Shown here piece by piece: positions 11,901 through 24,168 of a stretch of 64,000 bases of DNA. The stretch covers positions 239,487 to 303,486 of the forward strand of contig OZ287713.1 of the NCBI GenBank assembly GCA_965649825.1, read 5' to 3'. The DNA is from Penicillus capitatus (taxonomy: Eukaryota; Plantae; Chlorophyta). The notes beneath the pieces were generated by a model. The model did not search any database. It was not told the DNA's origin and was given only the letters and a program-made list of their open reading frames with translations. The stretch's first letter is position 1. Each line of letters opens with the position of its first letter. The translations under genes and the position numbers were made by a program.

Positions 11901-13796
11901 TGTTGCCAGCGTCTCCGTGCTGATATTGATTTTGCCCGTGTCCGGCACATCGGCAAACATCCCAGATCCACGTGGGGTGTTCTCTTTGTCGATGCTCCTG
12001 CGTTCTGCTGCGAAGCTGCTGCGGATTAGATTGAGTCGGTCCATTCGAGAGCACGGTCCAAGACCGGTATCGAATATCGACCGGTCCCCTTCGGCATTGG
12101 CAGGGGCGAAGTTCAGCATCGATGTCGGCGGTTCCTGTGGAGGCGGCGGCGGCGGCACGTTGGGCGGCAGGAATGTACGTGGAAACTCTGATGGCAGATC
12201 TTGTGGCACCATCTGACTGCTCCCTTCCGAACCCCGCGACATTCTCTCCGGAATCGTCATGTCTGGTGTCGGCTTCGCTTGCTGAACGGTTCCTGGTCGC
12301 GTATAGTGTCCTCCGGCAATGTCCATGGAGGGGCGGACGAGTCGATGATCTTCCTGGGTCTGCTCTTCGGCGAAGGAGGAACGAACGCCGGAGGATCGGC
12401 CAGAGGCAGCCGATGCCCTTTGGCTGAAACGATAAGCAAGATGCGGTTCAGAAGCGTAGAACGAGCTGCTGCCGGGTCGGAATCCGCTGTCTCGATGCTC
12501 TGGTTCCATGGTATCTCTCTCTGATGCACTGACGGTTGTTGCAGAGGAGGTCGTGAGATCTTCGGATGGTGCTTCGTCTGTGCCTTGTTCTGTCTCTTCT
12601 CCTAAAATCGCAAGCTCTTCGGCTGTGAGTTGTCCGAAAGGATTGGACGGTTGAGGCAAGGAGTACGCGTCAAGCAGTGCTTGTTCTTCTGGACTGATTT
12701 GGAATTGCGTTGCACCCGATGGCGGCGGCGGTTGAGGTATTGGTTGTTGATAAGCTTCTAACAATGCTTGCTCTTCCGCACTCAATTGCGCAAAGGGATG
12801 GGAGGAAACGGAAGAAGACGTATAAAGCGTATGCTCTTCAATCAAGAGCCGATTCTCAGAAGGATGAGGTTGAAGCGGCACCGATGCTTGCGGCTTCTGA
12901 TAAGCGTCAAGCAGCGCTTGCTCCTCGGGGGAGATCTGAGCGAGAGGATTCGGTGGTGGCGGTGGTGGTGCTTGCGTCAGTTGCTGAGTCAGCAACGAAT
13001 GTGGATTATGGACCAGCTGAGTCAGCAGCTCCAGGTCCGGAGCGGTCAGTTGTTCGAATGTTTTCTTCGTCAGCTGAAGGTAAAGTGGAAGAATCTGTTC
13101 GAATCCGAGTCCGGGAGCCGGTGTTTCTGGGCCAGTCTGCGTCGAGGCGTTTTTCTTTGTCTGGGTCTCGGTGTGACGCGCGCTATCACCGGAAAAGTTC
13201 CTGTGCTCGGTAACCGGTTCCTCGGGTAATGTACGAAGTCCGCAATGTCCTTCCGCGTATGGGACGGCGTCTGTAAACAAGGTATCCTTATCGGCGTCGG
13301 TGCTATCCGCCGACGAGCGCTTAGCCGTATCAAACGTAACAGAACTGCGTCTTTTCGAACCTACAATCGCAAATAGGTCTGCCCGTCGTTGTCAGTGAAA
13401 TTACTTTCACTGGAATAGCGTTCTGAGCGTCGTCGTTCAGAAGAAGTCGACCCTCTGGATAAACTGCCCAGACTCGAACCTAAAGCACGTCGTCCGTGCA
13501 CAAGAGATAGACGAGGGGTCACATATGCTGTTGACCTCGGTCGGAGTCGGTCGGCCTTTCCCACGAGGCCCGTAGGTCGACGGAGCTGCGACGTGAGTTG
13601 CGCGAATCGCGATGACTGCTCGTCGTTCGATTGGACGTGACACTCGAATCCTCTCCGTCGTCGACGCAGCTGCGACAAACGGCACGTTGAAATGGAGAGA
13701 TGGGAGTGGACGCGTGGCCGACTCGACATAATAGGTGGTGGGTTCTTCAGTCTGTTCTGCTGAGGGAGACTCGTGCTTGGATCCTTCTGACCCCAT
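8911..13796 (-). CDS. APAF-1-like protein: low-complexity N-terminus, winged-helix plus APAF1 helical domain, and many WD40 repeats
   Basis: The 1081-aa ORF 10035-13280 has QRRYQQLAVVPDDVPFPLSLLCMLWG, NVAYHLTGAG...WLETKL and repeated GH...WD units. Further WD exons run to ...IVVGDGNGHVHFLEF near 8911. The 5' exons join back to MGSEGSK at 13796 through short GT-AG introns; this part is less certain. Confidence 0.78.
12597..13061 (-). repeat. Five imperfect copies of a ~16-aa peptide repeat in the WD40 protein N-terminus
   Basis: TFEQLTAPDLELL; NPLAQISPEEQALLDAY; HPFAQLSAEEQALLEAY; FQISPEEQALLDAY; NPFGQLTAEELAIL, separated by Pro/Gln-rich spacers. Confidence 0.8.
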
Positions 13797-14413
13797 AATG
13801 CCGTGCGAGAAGGGAATTCTCTAAATTTCGCTGATGAGATACCGAGAACTTCAAAGATTGGTCAAGGACGCGTTGACGGTAATGCAAACTCAAATGCGCC
13901 TACTGGAAAACGCGACGCGAGAAACGACACGTCATCCGAACGATTAATTCGCCGGAGGTAGCTATCAGAAATAATTGAAGGCGGGTCACATCATACATAG
14001 TGATAGACGGGTGACATTGCTGAAAATGAATGAGATCGATACGGTGAGGGTAGCGCAAGAAATGCCGCCATCACACTTTAACGGAAACGACGACGCCTGT
14101 CACGTCAAAGACAAATGGCGGCGATCACACGGAAGGATACAACACGCTCGATCGGCCTCGACCTGCCGAACGATGTGTCGTAACGATCGTTTGCTTCATC
14201 CAGATGCCGTTACGTCCGTGAGTGACATACCTGATGCCTAGAACACACATCCTCAGAAATAGACGTCAACAAGATCAACATCCCAACGGCACCGCGCATC
14301 CGTGCATACCCTCGAGACACACATCGTTACCACAACACAACGTCGTTATATCACGTCGAAAAGAGTGAGATGCGTCAAGGGAATGCGGGATAAACATCGT
14401 ATGAGAGGATGGG

Positions 14414-17400
14414 TTACACAAAAACGGCGTTTCCCACGTCGTCGTCATCGCTATCGTCTGAAGACAGGGAGATGTCGAATGCCTTGTTCGATTTCCATCG
14501 AGATTGGATGGCTTGCCGAAAGGTGTCGTTCTCGGACGACGCGCTGCAACTGGAGTACCGTCTCCCCGATGTCATCTCCTCCTTCGTCAGACCCAGAGAC
14601 AGATGTAAGGGGAGACGCAGACGCCGTCGAATGTGACGCGGTTTCGGTGGCGGCCTTGTGCAAAAGACGGCGCCCTGTCCGTCAATTCCTTGAAGAGACT
14701 GGCGCGATTCGAGCCGGCGAAGAGTGCTTGGAGGAACGAGCGCTGATAAGAGCGTGGGCGTCGGCTGTCGTCCAACGTGCCGCGATCTCGCCAACCACTC
14801 CAGCGAGAGATTCTGCGGATCTTGTCGACCAGATGTGCCTACATGATCAAACAGAGACGAAATCGCATTTGAGACGGCGACGTCGACGTCAGCAGAACGC
14901 ACCTTTCAAGGAAGGATCGTCGTCTGCCCGTTCGAAGACTTGTAGAAAATGTATCCACCGAACGGCGTCACCGCCGAAGCGCCCAACGAACGAAACCGAA
15001 CGCGGGATGTCAGGAGAGAAGCGCTTTCCGATGACGAGCGTCCGTCGCTGGTCGTTGCTCAACGCCCGGCGTCGATCGAGGGGTCGGATGAGAAGCGGCC
15101 GACTGCTAAAGGCAGTATGACGGCAAGAGATTTCCGGCGATGGCGAAGCCGAATGCCTCGTTGCGCGCTCTTCGTCTTCGATGCCATGGGTTGTCTGCTC
15201 AACTGTCGGCGCTTCCCGAGACCGTCCCACAGTCCTGTCGCATCTCGACTGCTCTGTCCACGAGCTGTCGTACGATTCAGCATTTGCATATGTGTTCTCC
15301 GGCGTCACATGTCGCTAAACGACAAAGACAGAGTAAGCAGGAGGCAAAAGGCGGCGGCGGCTGAACCTTTTGGCATCTGGCTTGTGGCGGAACACAAGAC
15401 GCCTGGTCTGCCAGCAGGGCACCATCTCGCCCTCGGCCGCCATCTTCGGGTGCGTTCGTTCGATGGTGAGGATATCCATCTTTCGTGCATTCCTCGATGA
15501 CGAATGATGCTTTCTGTACGTTGCTTTCAGATGAGGACGGTTCATAGGAGATTCGGCGGATGTATTTTTCGTCTTCCGGATCAGCTTCATCTGAGCTTCC
15601 TTTTCGATGGTCCATCGATTTGCCGCCTGACGAAGTACCGCAACAGGAATCTTCTTCCTCAGTCTGGAGCTGCATCGAAGCGACGTCTTCGTCGGAAGCC
15701 TCAGAATCAACGGCCCGGTCGGTAGGCCACGAAACGACGGCAGGAAAGTGCCCCAAATCGCAGGCGGTGGCATTCTCTTCACCCGTATCCTGATCTGATG
15801 AATCCGAAAATACGCAGAATTCTATGCGATCGCTCGTCGAGCTCTTCGCGTCGCCCATCTCATGGAAGTTGACATCCAATGTGAATGCATCGTTGTGCTG
15901 GTGCATAATCCTGGCCAACTGATGAAGGTGTTTGCTCTTGAACAAGATCCCTTCGCGACAGCTGAGCACCATCAGACGCGTTTGGCTGACTCGAATATCG
16001 TGTTCAATCAATGGCGCCATAAACCAAACCAGCAACTCCCTCTAGAGATCACACATTGCTGAGATAAAGAAGCCTTGGTAATGTAAGGTCACACTTTTGA
16101 CTGCAAGATCTTTTGTCCGCGGATGCGTGCAAGTTTCTCTATGAGTCTGTAAAGAGTGAGAGTGCTCTCGCCGCCGACACCGACCAGTCCATGCAGTTTT
16201 GTCTCCAAGAACTGCTCTGCCTGTGCCAGGGACGCATGAAGTCGTGTCTGCTCTGCAAAAGCTTCCGCCTCTTGCGCATTGGCACTGATAGCGCCTCGAC
16301 GTTCACGAGGTCGTCTCCTGTTCTCTTTCTTCCCAGACAGCTAAGCACATCCACTGAGTGTCCGTCACATCACACAGGTATGCGACACCTTGAGTGCGTC
16401 AAACGCTTGACGCATGTCGGGATCGACCAGAAATCTCCAGTCCTCTGACTTCATGGGCTGTTCTGTCGCCAGGACCACCATTCTTCGCCACAACAGCACA
16501 TCTGGCTGCCTCTTCGAGAACCAGGAGATCAGAGACTTGTGGCGCTTGTCCCTGAGAACAGCGCCACTCACGCATTCCTGCCAGTCACCTCATCACGTGC
16601 CATAGTATCCTTGCTCTTGTGTCGGGCTTGTGTTTGTAGAGAACGGGAACGGCAGGTGTGCTCATCGGATGATGCGTCAAGTCAATCAGCGCGTCGAGAA
16701 TCCGGAGGATGTCGATCTTCTCGAGTCTCTTTCTCTGAGGGATGCTTTGCATGATCTCCGCTCTTTTAATCGACGGACGCCACGGAGATCTCGAAAACGC
16801 GACGCTCGGCAAGACGACGCATCGATCTCCATCGCCGTCGCTGTCACTCTCGTCATTCACTGAAGAGGCCACGACCTGTCTCCAGCCCTTGAGACAGAGA
16901 TGTATATGCAGCGCAAATTCTTGGGTCTGGTGGTGTGCCAGGAGGATCGTCCATTGGAGACGGCGAACGGCAAAGGCCTTCCACGAGCGAAAGCAGCGAA
17001 CATACCACATGTGATTCAGGCGATGCGTCCATGCGTACAACGCAATGGCGGCTGCCGTTTTCTGCTGCCAGATGCGCAACGTACACGACTGCTTGAGAAG
17101 AATCTCCTCCGTCGCATGTCGTCGCATGCTGGCAAAAGCGTTGTTCAGACGGCAGATGTCAGTCAGCCGATGCGTCGCCCTTTCGATGCGTCTAATCCGA
17201 AAACACTCTCACGGTATTTAGCGATCAAGAGAGATACCGGCAACGCCGTTCGCTCATCATCCAATCGACCCATGCATGTAAACATGCCGTCCGTTGCGCC
17301 TTTTGCCTCTCACGCATCAACCATTCCGACAGAAAAGCAACGAATCCTTCGAACAGCCGTCTCTTGTCTGTCTTCTCTGTCCGGACTTGACGAAACGACT

Positions 17401-18697
17401 GATCACAGAATTCCGACCCGTCACACTCAGTAGAACGGTAAGCGGATGGTCGAAGGAGGATACCTGTCGAAGTTGTTTTCCGCGAAGGGCATCGAATTGC
17501 CACCAGAGCAGACAGTGTCGGGCAAGGCCTTCGGCATGACGAACCTCGAGTCTCCGACAAGCCGTCCACAGTCTCTCAAATCGATCGATTCTCTCACAAA
17601 AGGCGAAATCCGCTGCGTCTCTCCTGGGTGCGACCCCTTTGACAATGTCCTTCTTCATTCTGCTCCATTCATACCAATGGCTGATACCCAAATTGCAGCC
17701 ACAATAGGATTATGCGTTAGAGAGCGAGGTCGTCACCTGAACAGCAGGCGCATCTCCGCGACGCTCTTTTGCCAGACGATGTTCCGTAAACGACGCGTGG
17801 CGGAGAATCTTCGTCGACGGCGATCGGTCATGACGTCTCTCCAGGATCTGAACAGCTGCCGCTTCAAGGCCATCGGAATTCGTTTTCTAAGAAGACGACG
17901 CAGAATTCCGGTCGTCACCGATGCGCTTGCATCGAGTTGCTTCCACAGCAGCGCCTCCCGATACAGATGCTGTTCTTGAGCGCGTCGGTGACGAGACTCC
18001 TCGCATTCAGCCGTCCACAGACGCCATGTGAATTGCAGTGGCACTTCCACCTGCTCGAAGGAAAGGCGAAGACGGTCACTAACCAACTGAAAATATAAAG
18101 TCACGCATTGCGACCACTCCTTCCACTCGCGGAAGGTCAAGCCCTTTAGAAACCGCCGACGTGCTCCTTCGACTCGGCAGCATTTCCTCCATGCGAGTAA
18201 GATCCCATGAAGTTCTCTGTTTTGCCGGCTCTGACGGATAGCTCGCAGTCTGGTGGGTGGCAGATCCTTACAACCACCGATTCGGACAATGGACGCCTTA
18301 CCGAGCCCATCGCCGACGGGCCAAGCAGATGCGCCAGGCCCTCGAAATCGTCTCCACCGATTCACGAGATCTCGCGCGTTTCTTGTACTCGTGCAGATAG
18401 CGATCGATCGATAGAACTGCCTCGACATCGTCAACCGGCAACCATTCAAGCACCGAATCCGTCGGCGGCATTCCATGCAAACCGCGCGCTGCGTTTGGCA
18501 CAAGATTTCTTGTCGACAAACGACGTGTCCAGTCCATGCATCTCTTGTATAATTTTGAGGCGCTTTAGAAGACCAAGTGACACATGCCGCTCATACTTAA
18601 CCGTGACGCGCCTCTCGAACGACTGGACTTCCACATCCATTTGTCTGACGTGGCCGATCTCGTTAAACAAGACATCGCAATGAACATCATCCTCCAC
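14414..18697 (-). CDS. Multi-exon protein with Sfi1-like Trp-periodic repeats in the N-terminal half and an S/D/E-rich C-terminal half (may be two genes)
   Basis: Repeated LxxxFxxW[KR]-like units (KGLTFREWKEW, KRQLFRSWRDV, VRCFRSWKAF, LCLKGWRQV, ILLAWRKC) in ORFs 17733-18503 and 16585-17127. Successive short-intron-separated exons continue to ORF 14414-14902. Exon structure and start are not fully resolved. Confidence 0.5.
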
Positions 18698-19244
18698 TTT
18701 CTAAATGAACCCCGTGGGCAGAGATGTGCTTTCTGTCTAAGAGGACAGGCACTGGACGCCTCAGAAAGCTCCCAGTGACCACCGGTACTCGTGCCCCTCC
18801 ATTTCCATGACCCTCAGAAGTTCAGATGGAAGATGGTTAAGGCCGACTTTATGGATGATGCGATTTCGTATCAATTCCTTGGTTGTGCGCCGCACGTCGA
18901 ACTTCGTTTGGTGAACGAATACACTCACTGCCAACGTCGCGTGTTCTTCATCGGCTCAGCGTATTCTTGCGATAATTCGTTTAAGCTTCTCCTATACCAT
19001 CCTTCGCTTCATTGTTTTCTCGCCGCGTGCTGTTTACGTTCGCTTTGCGTCCGTTCTCTCGCATACGCCACTTATCCGACATTCTACGACCCTCCAACGC
19101 GAAGATTGCGCGCCATTACGAGTCATAGTCAGTGGACGGTCCACCGGAGAAACACAGAGCACGGCGTTGGTACGTTCGTTTTTCGACGTCTCCACTGCCT
19201 AGCGATTCTGTCCTCCCGTCAACGACTGGCTGTGTGGCAGAAAA

Positions 19245-20753
19245 ATGCCTTTCAAGTGTCCGAGTCCTGGAACGACACTGAACAATGGCCGATACAAGGT
19301 CATCCGGGAACTCAATACCGGTGGGACTGCGGTCGTATACGAAGCGTATGATTACAAGAAAAACCGAAAATGCGCTCTAAAGGTCAGCAAACACACGACT
19401 GCTTCGTCGGATGCATATCTGAATCTCATCCATCTGCAGGTTATGAACCTGACGCAGAGGCAATTTGAAGTCGCCATGAAACTATCCAGACGAGAGGTCG
19501 GTGCCGTGAGATCTCACTCACGCCTCTCATCTCATCGTGTCTGTCTGTCTCTAGGTGCTGTTCTCGAGCATGATTCACCACGATAATTTTGTCAAGTTAC
19601 TCGACGTTTTCTCTGAGGGAGAACGTCTCCTCGTTCTTGTGGTAAGTGTTCGATGGTGTCGTGTCTGTGGGCCAAGGTATCGTGTTGCATAGTGGGAGCT
19701 CATTCCGGGATTCGACCTGTTAGATTCATTGAATCAGGCCGGCGGAAAGATGTCGGAGCCGATGGCGGCCTATTTTTTCCTACAGCTACTGCGTGGTGTT
19801 GAATTTATGCACGATAACGGATTTTGTCATCGCGACCTCAAGGCCGAAAACTGCATGGTCGTGAAAAAAACGCAGAAACTCAAGATTATCGATTTCGGTC
19901 TCGCCAGACAACTCGAATGTGCCGTCACATCGACGTAAGCCCGATGGATTCTCGCCGCTTGATGTGATGTGATGTGACGTTTAGGACGGGTACACCAGAT
20001 TACTTGGCACCAGAATTGCTCGTTACTTCAAAGGCGGAACGGCAAATGATCGATCAACGAGCTGTGGATGTTTGGGCAACCGGAGTGATTCTCTATCTAC
20101 TCGTCACGGGAACCTATCCCTTTGAAGATCCAGATGATCCGGAATGCTTCGCCCAAGTCTTCAAGAACATCCGAAAATGCAATCTGAGGCCCTTGCCTGC
20201 ACACGTTTCGGAAGGATGCCGGGATCTGCTTCGCACCATCTTCGAAGTCGATCCCGTGAAACGCATTCAACTGAAGAATTTGGTCAACAACAAGTGGCTG
20301 AATGAGCAAGCACGTATCTATGCTGATGGAATCGGACCCTTAAGTGTACAGGAAAACACGCCCAACTATTCCATCAAGAATCTCATGCTTCAACTCCCTA
20401 TGCATCATCGAAAACAAGTAGAGCCCAAGGCGACGGTTCGCCGTTTCTCGATCGTTGTGTGTTAGCAGGCAAGTGTGGCGGCTGTTCCTTTGACGCCAGA
20501 GGGTGAGACGGTGCCGCTTTCAACGTCGCGCAGAGGGATGTCTCTGGATCAGGACAGCGCTCCAGATGTCGAAGATTTTGACGACACTCCGCTATCGGAA
20601 GGGCGGCTCATCGAAGAAGACGGTCATCCGTTGCCTCGACGGGGTTGTGGTTTCCGCTTTATGTTCTCCAAGATCTGCCTTCCTATCGGGCCTCGGCGAC
20701 AGAACAGATATCGCAAGAGGCAATCGCGAATCAGTCCTTACGGAGGATTCTAG
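19245..20753 (+). CDS. Ser/Thr protein kinase, CAMK group (SnRK2-like), multi-exon
   Basis: RYKVIREL...CALK, HRDLKAEN, KIIDFG, TGTPDYLAPE and DVWATGVILY. Short GT-AG introns join the ORFs at 19245, 19729, 19974 and 20475. Confidence 0.87.
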
Positions 20754-21581
20754 ACAAGACTGACAGACCGACAGACTAACAGACAGACAGACGCCATGCA
20801 GCTGGCGAAGCAGTTGATCTAGGTGCATAACTCCTTTCGTCTGGAGGCTCGAACTGGTGAGAAGACACCATCCAGATCTTCGAATCGTTCAATAAGAGAC
20901 ATCCCTGAGGGACACAAGGTGTTGCAACACTTCAGAAGACGCTGCACGCGACCTGATGGACGATGACGACGACTCCCTTTCTAACTATTTCATGCTGATT
21001 CGTTTTTATATGTCTAAACGAGACCTCGATCATAGTAACACGGTCTGATCTCATCTCGGCCGTGTCGTGGGTGACACAGACAATAAACGCAGCGGACGCA
21101 AGTGTAGGATTTGGAATGATGCATCTGAGATCGCGGCTAAGTTAAGAACAGAAGCTTCATGGATCCTCACCATCTGTCTCAATTTCTGGTCGAAGCACAA
21201 TACTTACGCTATTCATATTTTGTTTACCCTGTGTTGTTGAAATAAACGTGTAGATCGTTTCTTTCACGGGCCGAAAGAATACAGCGACACATTTGATCTG
21301 TGTCTCTCTCTGTGGTTGACGTCGATTGAGACATATCTACAACGATTGAAGTTTTTTTTGTCTCTGCAATTCTTGCATGCATGTTTCAAGGGGGTTGGGG
21401 ACGTTCCGCAGGTGGAATGAACCCGTTGCCATGACTAACACAACCAACTTCTGAGTACAATCGCCTGTACTCTCGACATGTAGCTAACGGTCAATCAACC
21501 GTCCAACTTTGAGGACCGGATGTCTAGGTAGACAAACTGGGATCAATAATTCGGATTGTATACGAAAAAATGCGTTAATCA

Positions 21582-24129
21582 TTATTCATAGGAGACAACG
21601 GGAGGATGGTCTCTCGATAACGGGAATTCTGGGCAAGCGGTGCGATCGCTTCTCTTCGGAGACTGCTGCAGCACAGCGACTGAGAAAAAATGCACGAGAG
21701 CAAAATAAAGCCAGACCGACTCGACTTCTTGAAGAAGGTCCTTCTCGATGTAGAGATCTGTCACGAGTCCTCTTTTCGTCATGTCGTCGATGAGATACTG
21801 GCAGTGTTGTCGATTCCCTGGGAGGCATCGGGTTAGGAGACAGTTTCGTTCGAGCGTACTCCGAGACCATGCATGTGCGAATACTCAATGAGGAGCGCAA
21901 ACACGTCACCACTCCTGAGATGCGGCGGCGCATCCATCTGTCAAAACAGTAGATGACAGATCCAGCAGCACCTTCGCGAGGCCGACCTCAGATGGATCCT
22001 CCAATTCTTCGAGTAGTGTGTAACATGAACGGAACGCCGCATCGTGATCGTTTCCGAGAAGAGCTCGAGCGTCCAGGAATCGCTCGATCTGCCGAATTCG
22101 TTGGATGAGGTTTCGCAGTAGGGCGTCTACATGTATGCCACCTCAGTCTTTGTTTTGCTGTTTATCGTAACTCGTGACCTCTATCTTGGAGTTGGGATTC
22201 GGCCAATACATCGCGTTCCTGTTTGAGTGCGGCCAGTCCTCTCTCGTAGTCTCTTCAGATCATACAAAGTATCTGTAATACAGACAAGCGACGGTGTATG
22301 GTATGTTACCTGTAATCATCTATTTCTATTTGTGCCCTCGTTGCGTAAAATCGCGCCAACGGTGCTTTTGCATCTGCCAGCGTATAGAAGCGTATGATTT
22401 TCTCGCAGAGATCTGCGTTTTCACTCCAATCCAATGTTCTCAGGAAGTTGGCGGCGGTGATGTAGACATTTGAACATCGAGAGCGGCCTGGCGAGATCGT
22501 GCATGATTTCACACAAGGTGCCACCGATGCGCACTTGCGAAAGCGATGACTTTGTCGACATCTCCTGAGCGGATCAAAGCCTCCACGGCTTTCACTCTCT
22601 CCCCCACCTCTGAGAATTTCTTTGCGGCTAACAGCCATGAACCTTGCGCTTCGCAAGCCAATGCCACCATCAGGCCTCGATCCTTTCGATCCTTGTCGGA
22701 ATCTGAGTCCGAAAAGAACACTCCATTCCGCAGAGAAATGAAGCATACCGTCAGAAAGGACACCGCCTGTACACAGACGATCCGCTAACTCCTGCGACAA
22801 AACACGCGATCTTATGCCCTGACAGCTGTGTCGCGCTCTTGCTTGGTCGATCAGGATATCGTGCTGTTCAGCGAGCGTCACAGCTCTTGTGGTATCTCCC
22901 ATACAAGCCAAAGCATGGATTGCTTTTTCGTACTCTTTAAAGTGCAAGAAAGCATCGACGACTCTCTCCTGAATACCCGCCGCCGCGTTCTCGAGACCTC
23001 CTGCCTGTTGCATCTTGTCGAGCACGACGCCAAATGTTGCGATCGAGCGAGAGCGAATGCAGGCGTCGATGGCTTTTGGATAATCGACGGCCTAAAGGAG
23101 GATGTCTGGGTCAGCAGACGTGTCTCCATACGAACCTCTGCATACAGCGCCGCCGCTCGTTCCCACTGATGTCGCTCTCCGAAGTAGGCAGCGATGGTTT
23201 CGTGGTCGGCATCTTTGGCCTGCTGCACAAGTGCGTACAACGCATCGTCTCGTGCGTTTGTCATTGCCAGATGCATCTACGCACATCGCCTCCGTCTTCA
23301 AGCGTCGAAACAGATCGACAAACCGCGTTGTCGACGAATCCCGCATCTGTGAACAGATCGATGGCCATATCTATGTGTCCCAGTGATGCGTATTGCCGTG
23401 CGAGGAAGAACAGCGATGCCTTGTCTTCTTTCTCCCGTGCAATCTTCAAGGATGTTTCGCGATCGCCCTGTGACAAAAGCGAAAAGCGCGTTTGCATCTC
23501 TGGCCGATTCGCTACCTGAGACCAATAGAGTTTAGTCGCCGAAAGAACGTCACCTGCCGTCGAAAACGCGGCGATCGCTTCGTCAATGGACCCCATATGG
23601 GCGCAATACCGTCCCCACCATATCCACAGCTCACGGTGATCTACAAAGATAAAGAAGTCGGGTTCGCCATTGAAGTTACGGTGTCGTAGACCGGCTTGGC
23701 GAACGTATGATTCAAGCTCTGATCTCTTGCCGACGCTGAGCAACATTCGCGGAATCTCGTCGTGTTGCACATGAGCTCTCTCATATGCGTGAACGGCAGC
23801 TTGGTCGTTGCCTTCGAGTTCGTGTTTCCGGCCCAACGCATAATAGATCAGCGGCAACTTCGTTCTCGCGTGCGTTTCGGCAGACGCAATGGCCTTTTCC
23901 CAATCTCCTCTCGCCTTGCGTCACTCCGCTGAGAGGAGAACAAAAAGAGTGACCTTACGAGATAAACATCCACAATCCGATCAGAATCTCTTTGCGCTTC
24001 GGGTGACTCCCATGTCTTCTCGACATCCCTTAATCGAGAACCCGCTGACCCGGACACACGACTCGCATCGCTTGCTGCATCCATGACGAAGCGAAAGTCG
24101 TCGCGGATGATTGTTCGACACGTCAGCAT
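21582..24129 (-). CDS. IFT140: IFT140-like protein, TPR/helical C-terminal half only
   Basis: Spliced product matches the IFT140 tail: GDWEKAIASAE..., LWIWWGRY, LFFLARQY, LAAKKFSEVGERVKAVEALIRSGDVDKVIAFA, VYITAANFLRTLDW, AQIEIDDYRDYE, GDVFALLIEY. About a dozen short introns, with the frame open throughout. The start (ATG 24129 or 24084) is uncertain. Confidence 0.72.
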
Positions 24130-24168
24130 TAAGAAAGCAGCCGAATCGTCGTCCTTTTTTATGATGCA

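Noticed and set aside
4647-20753. PP2C plus SnRK2-like kinase as a linked signalling module
   Set aside because: They are 13 kb apart with unrelated genes between, both families are large, and nothing here shows clade-A PP2C or true SnRK2 identity.
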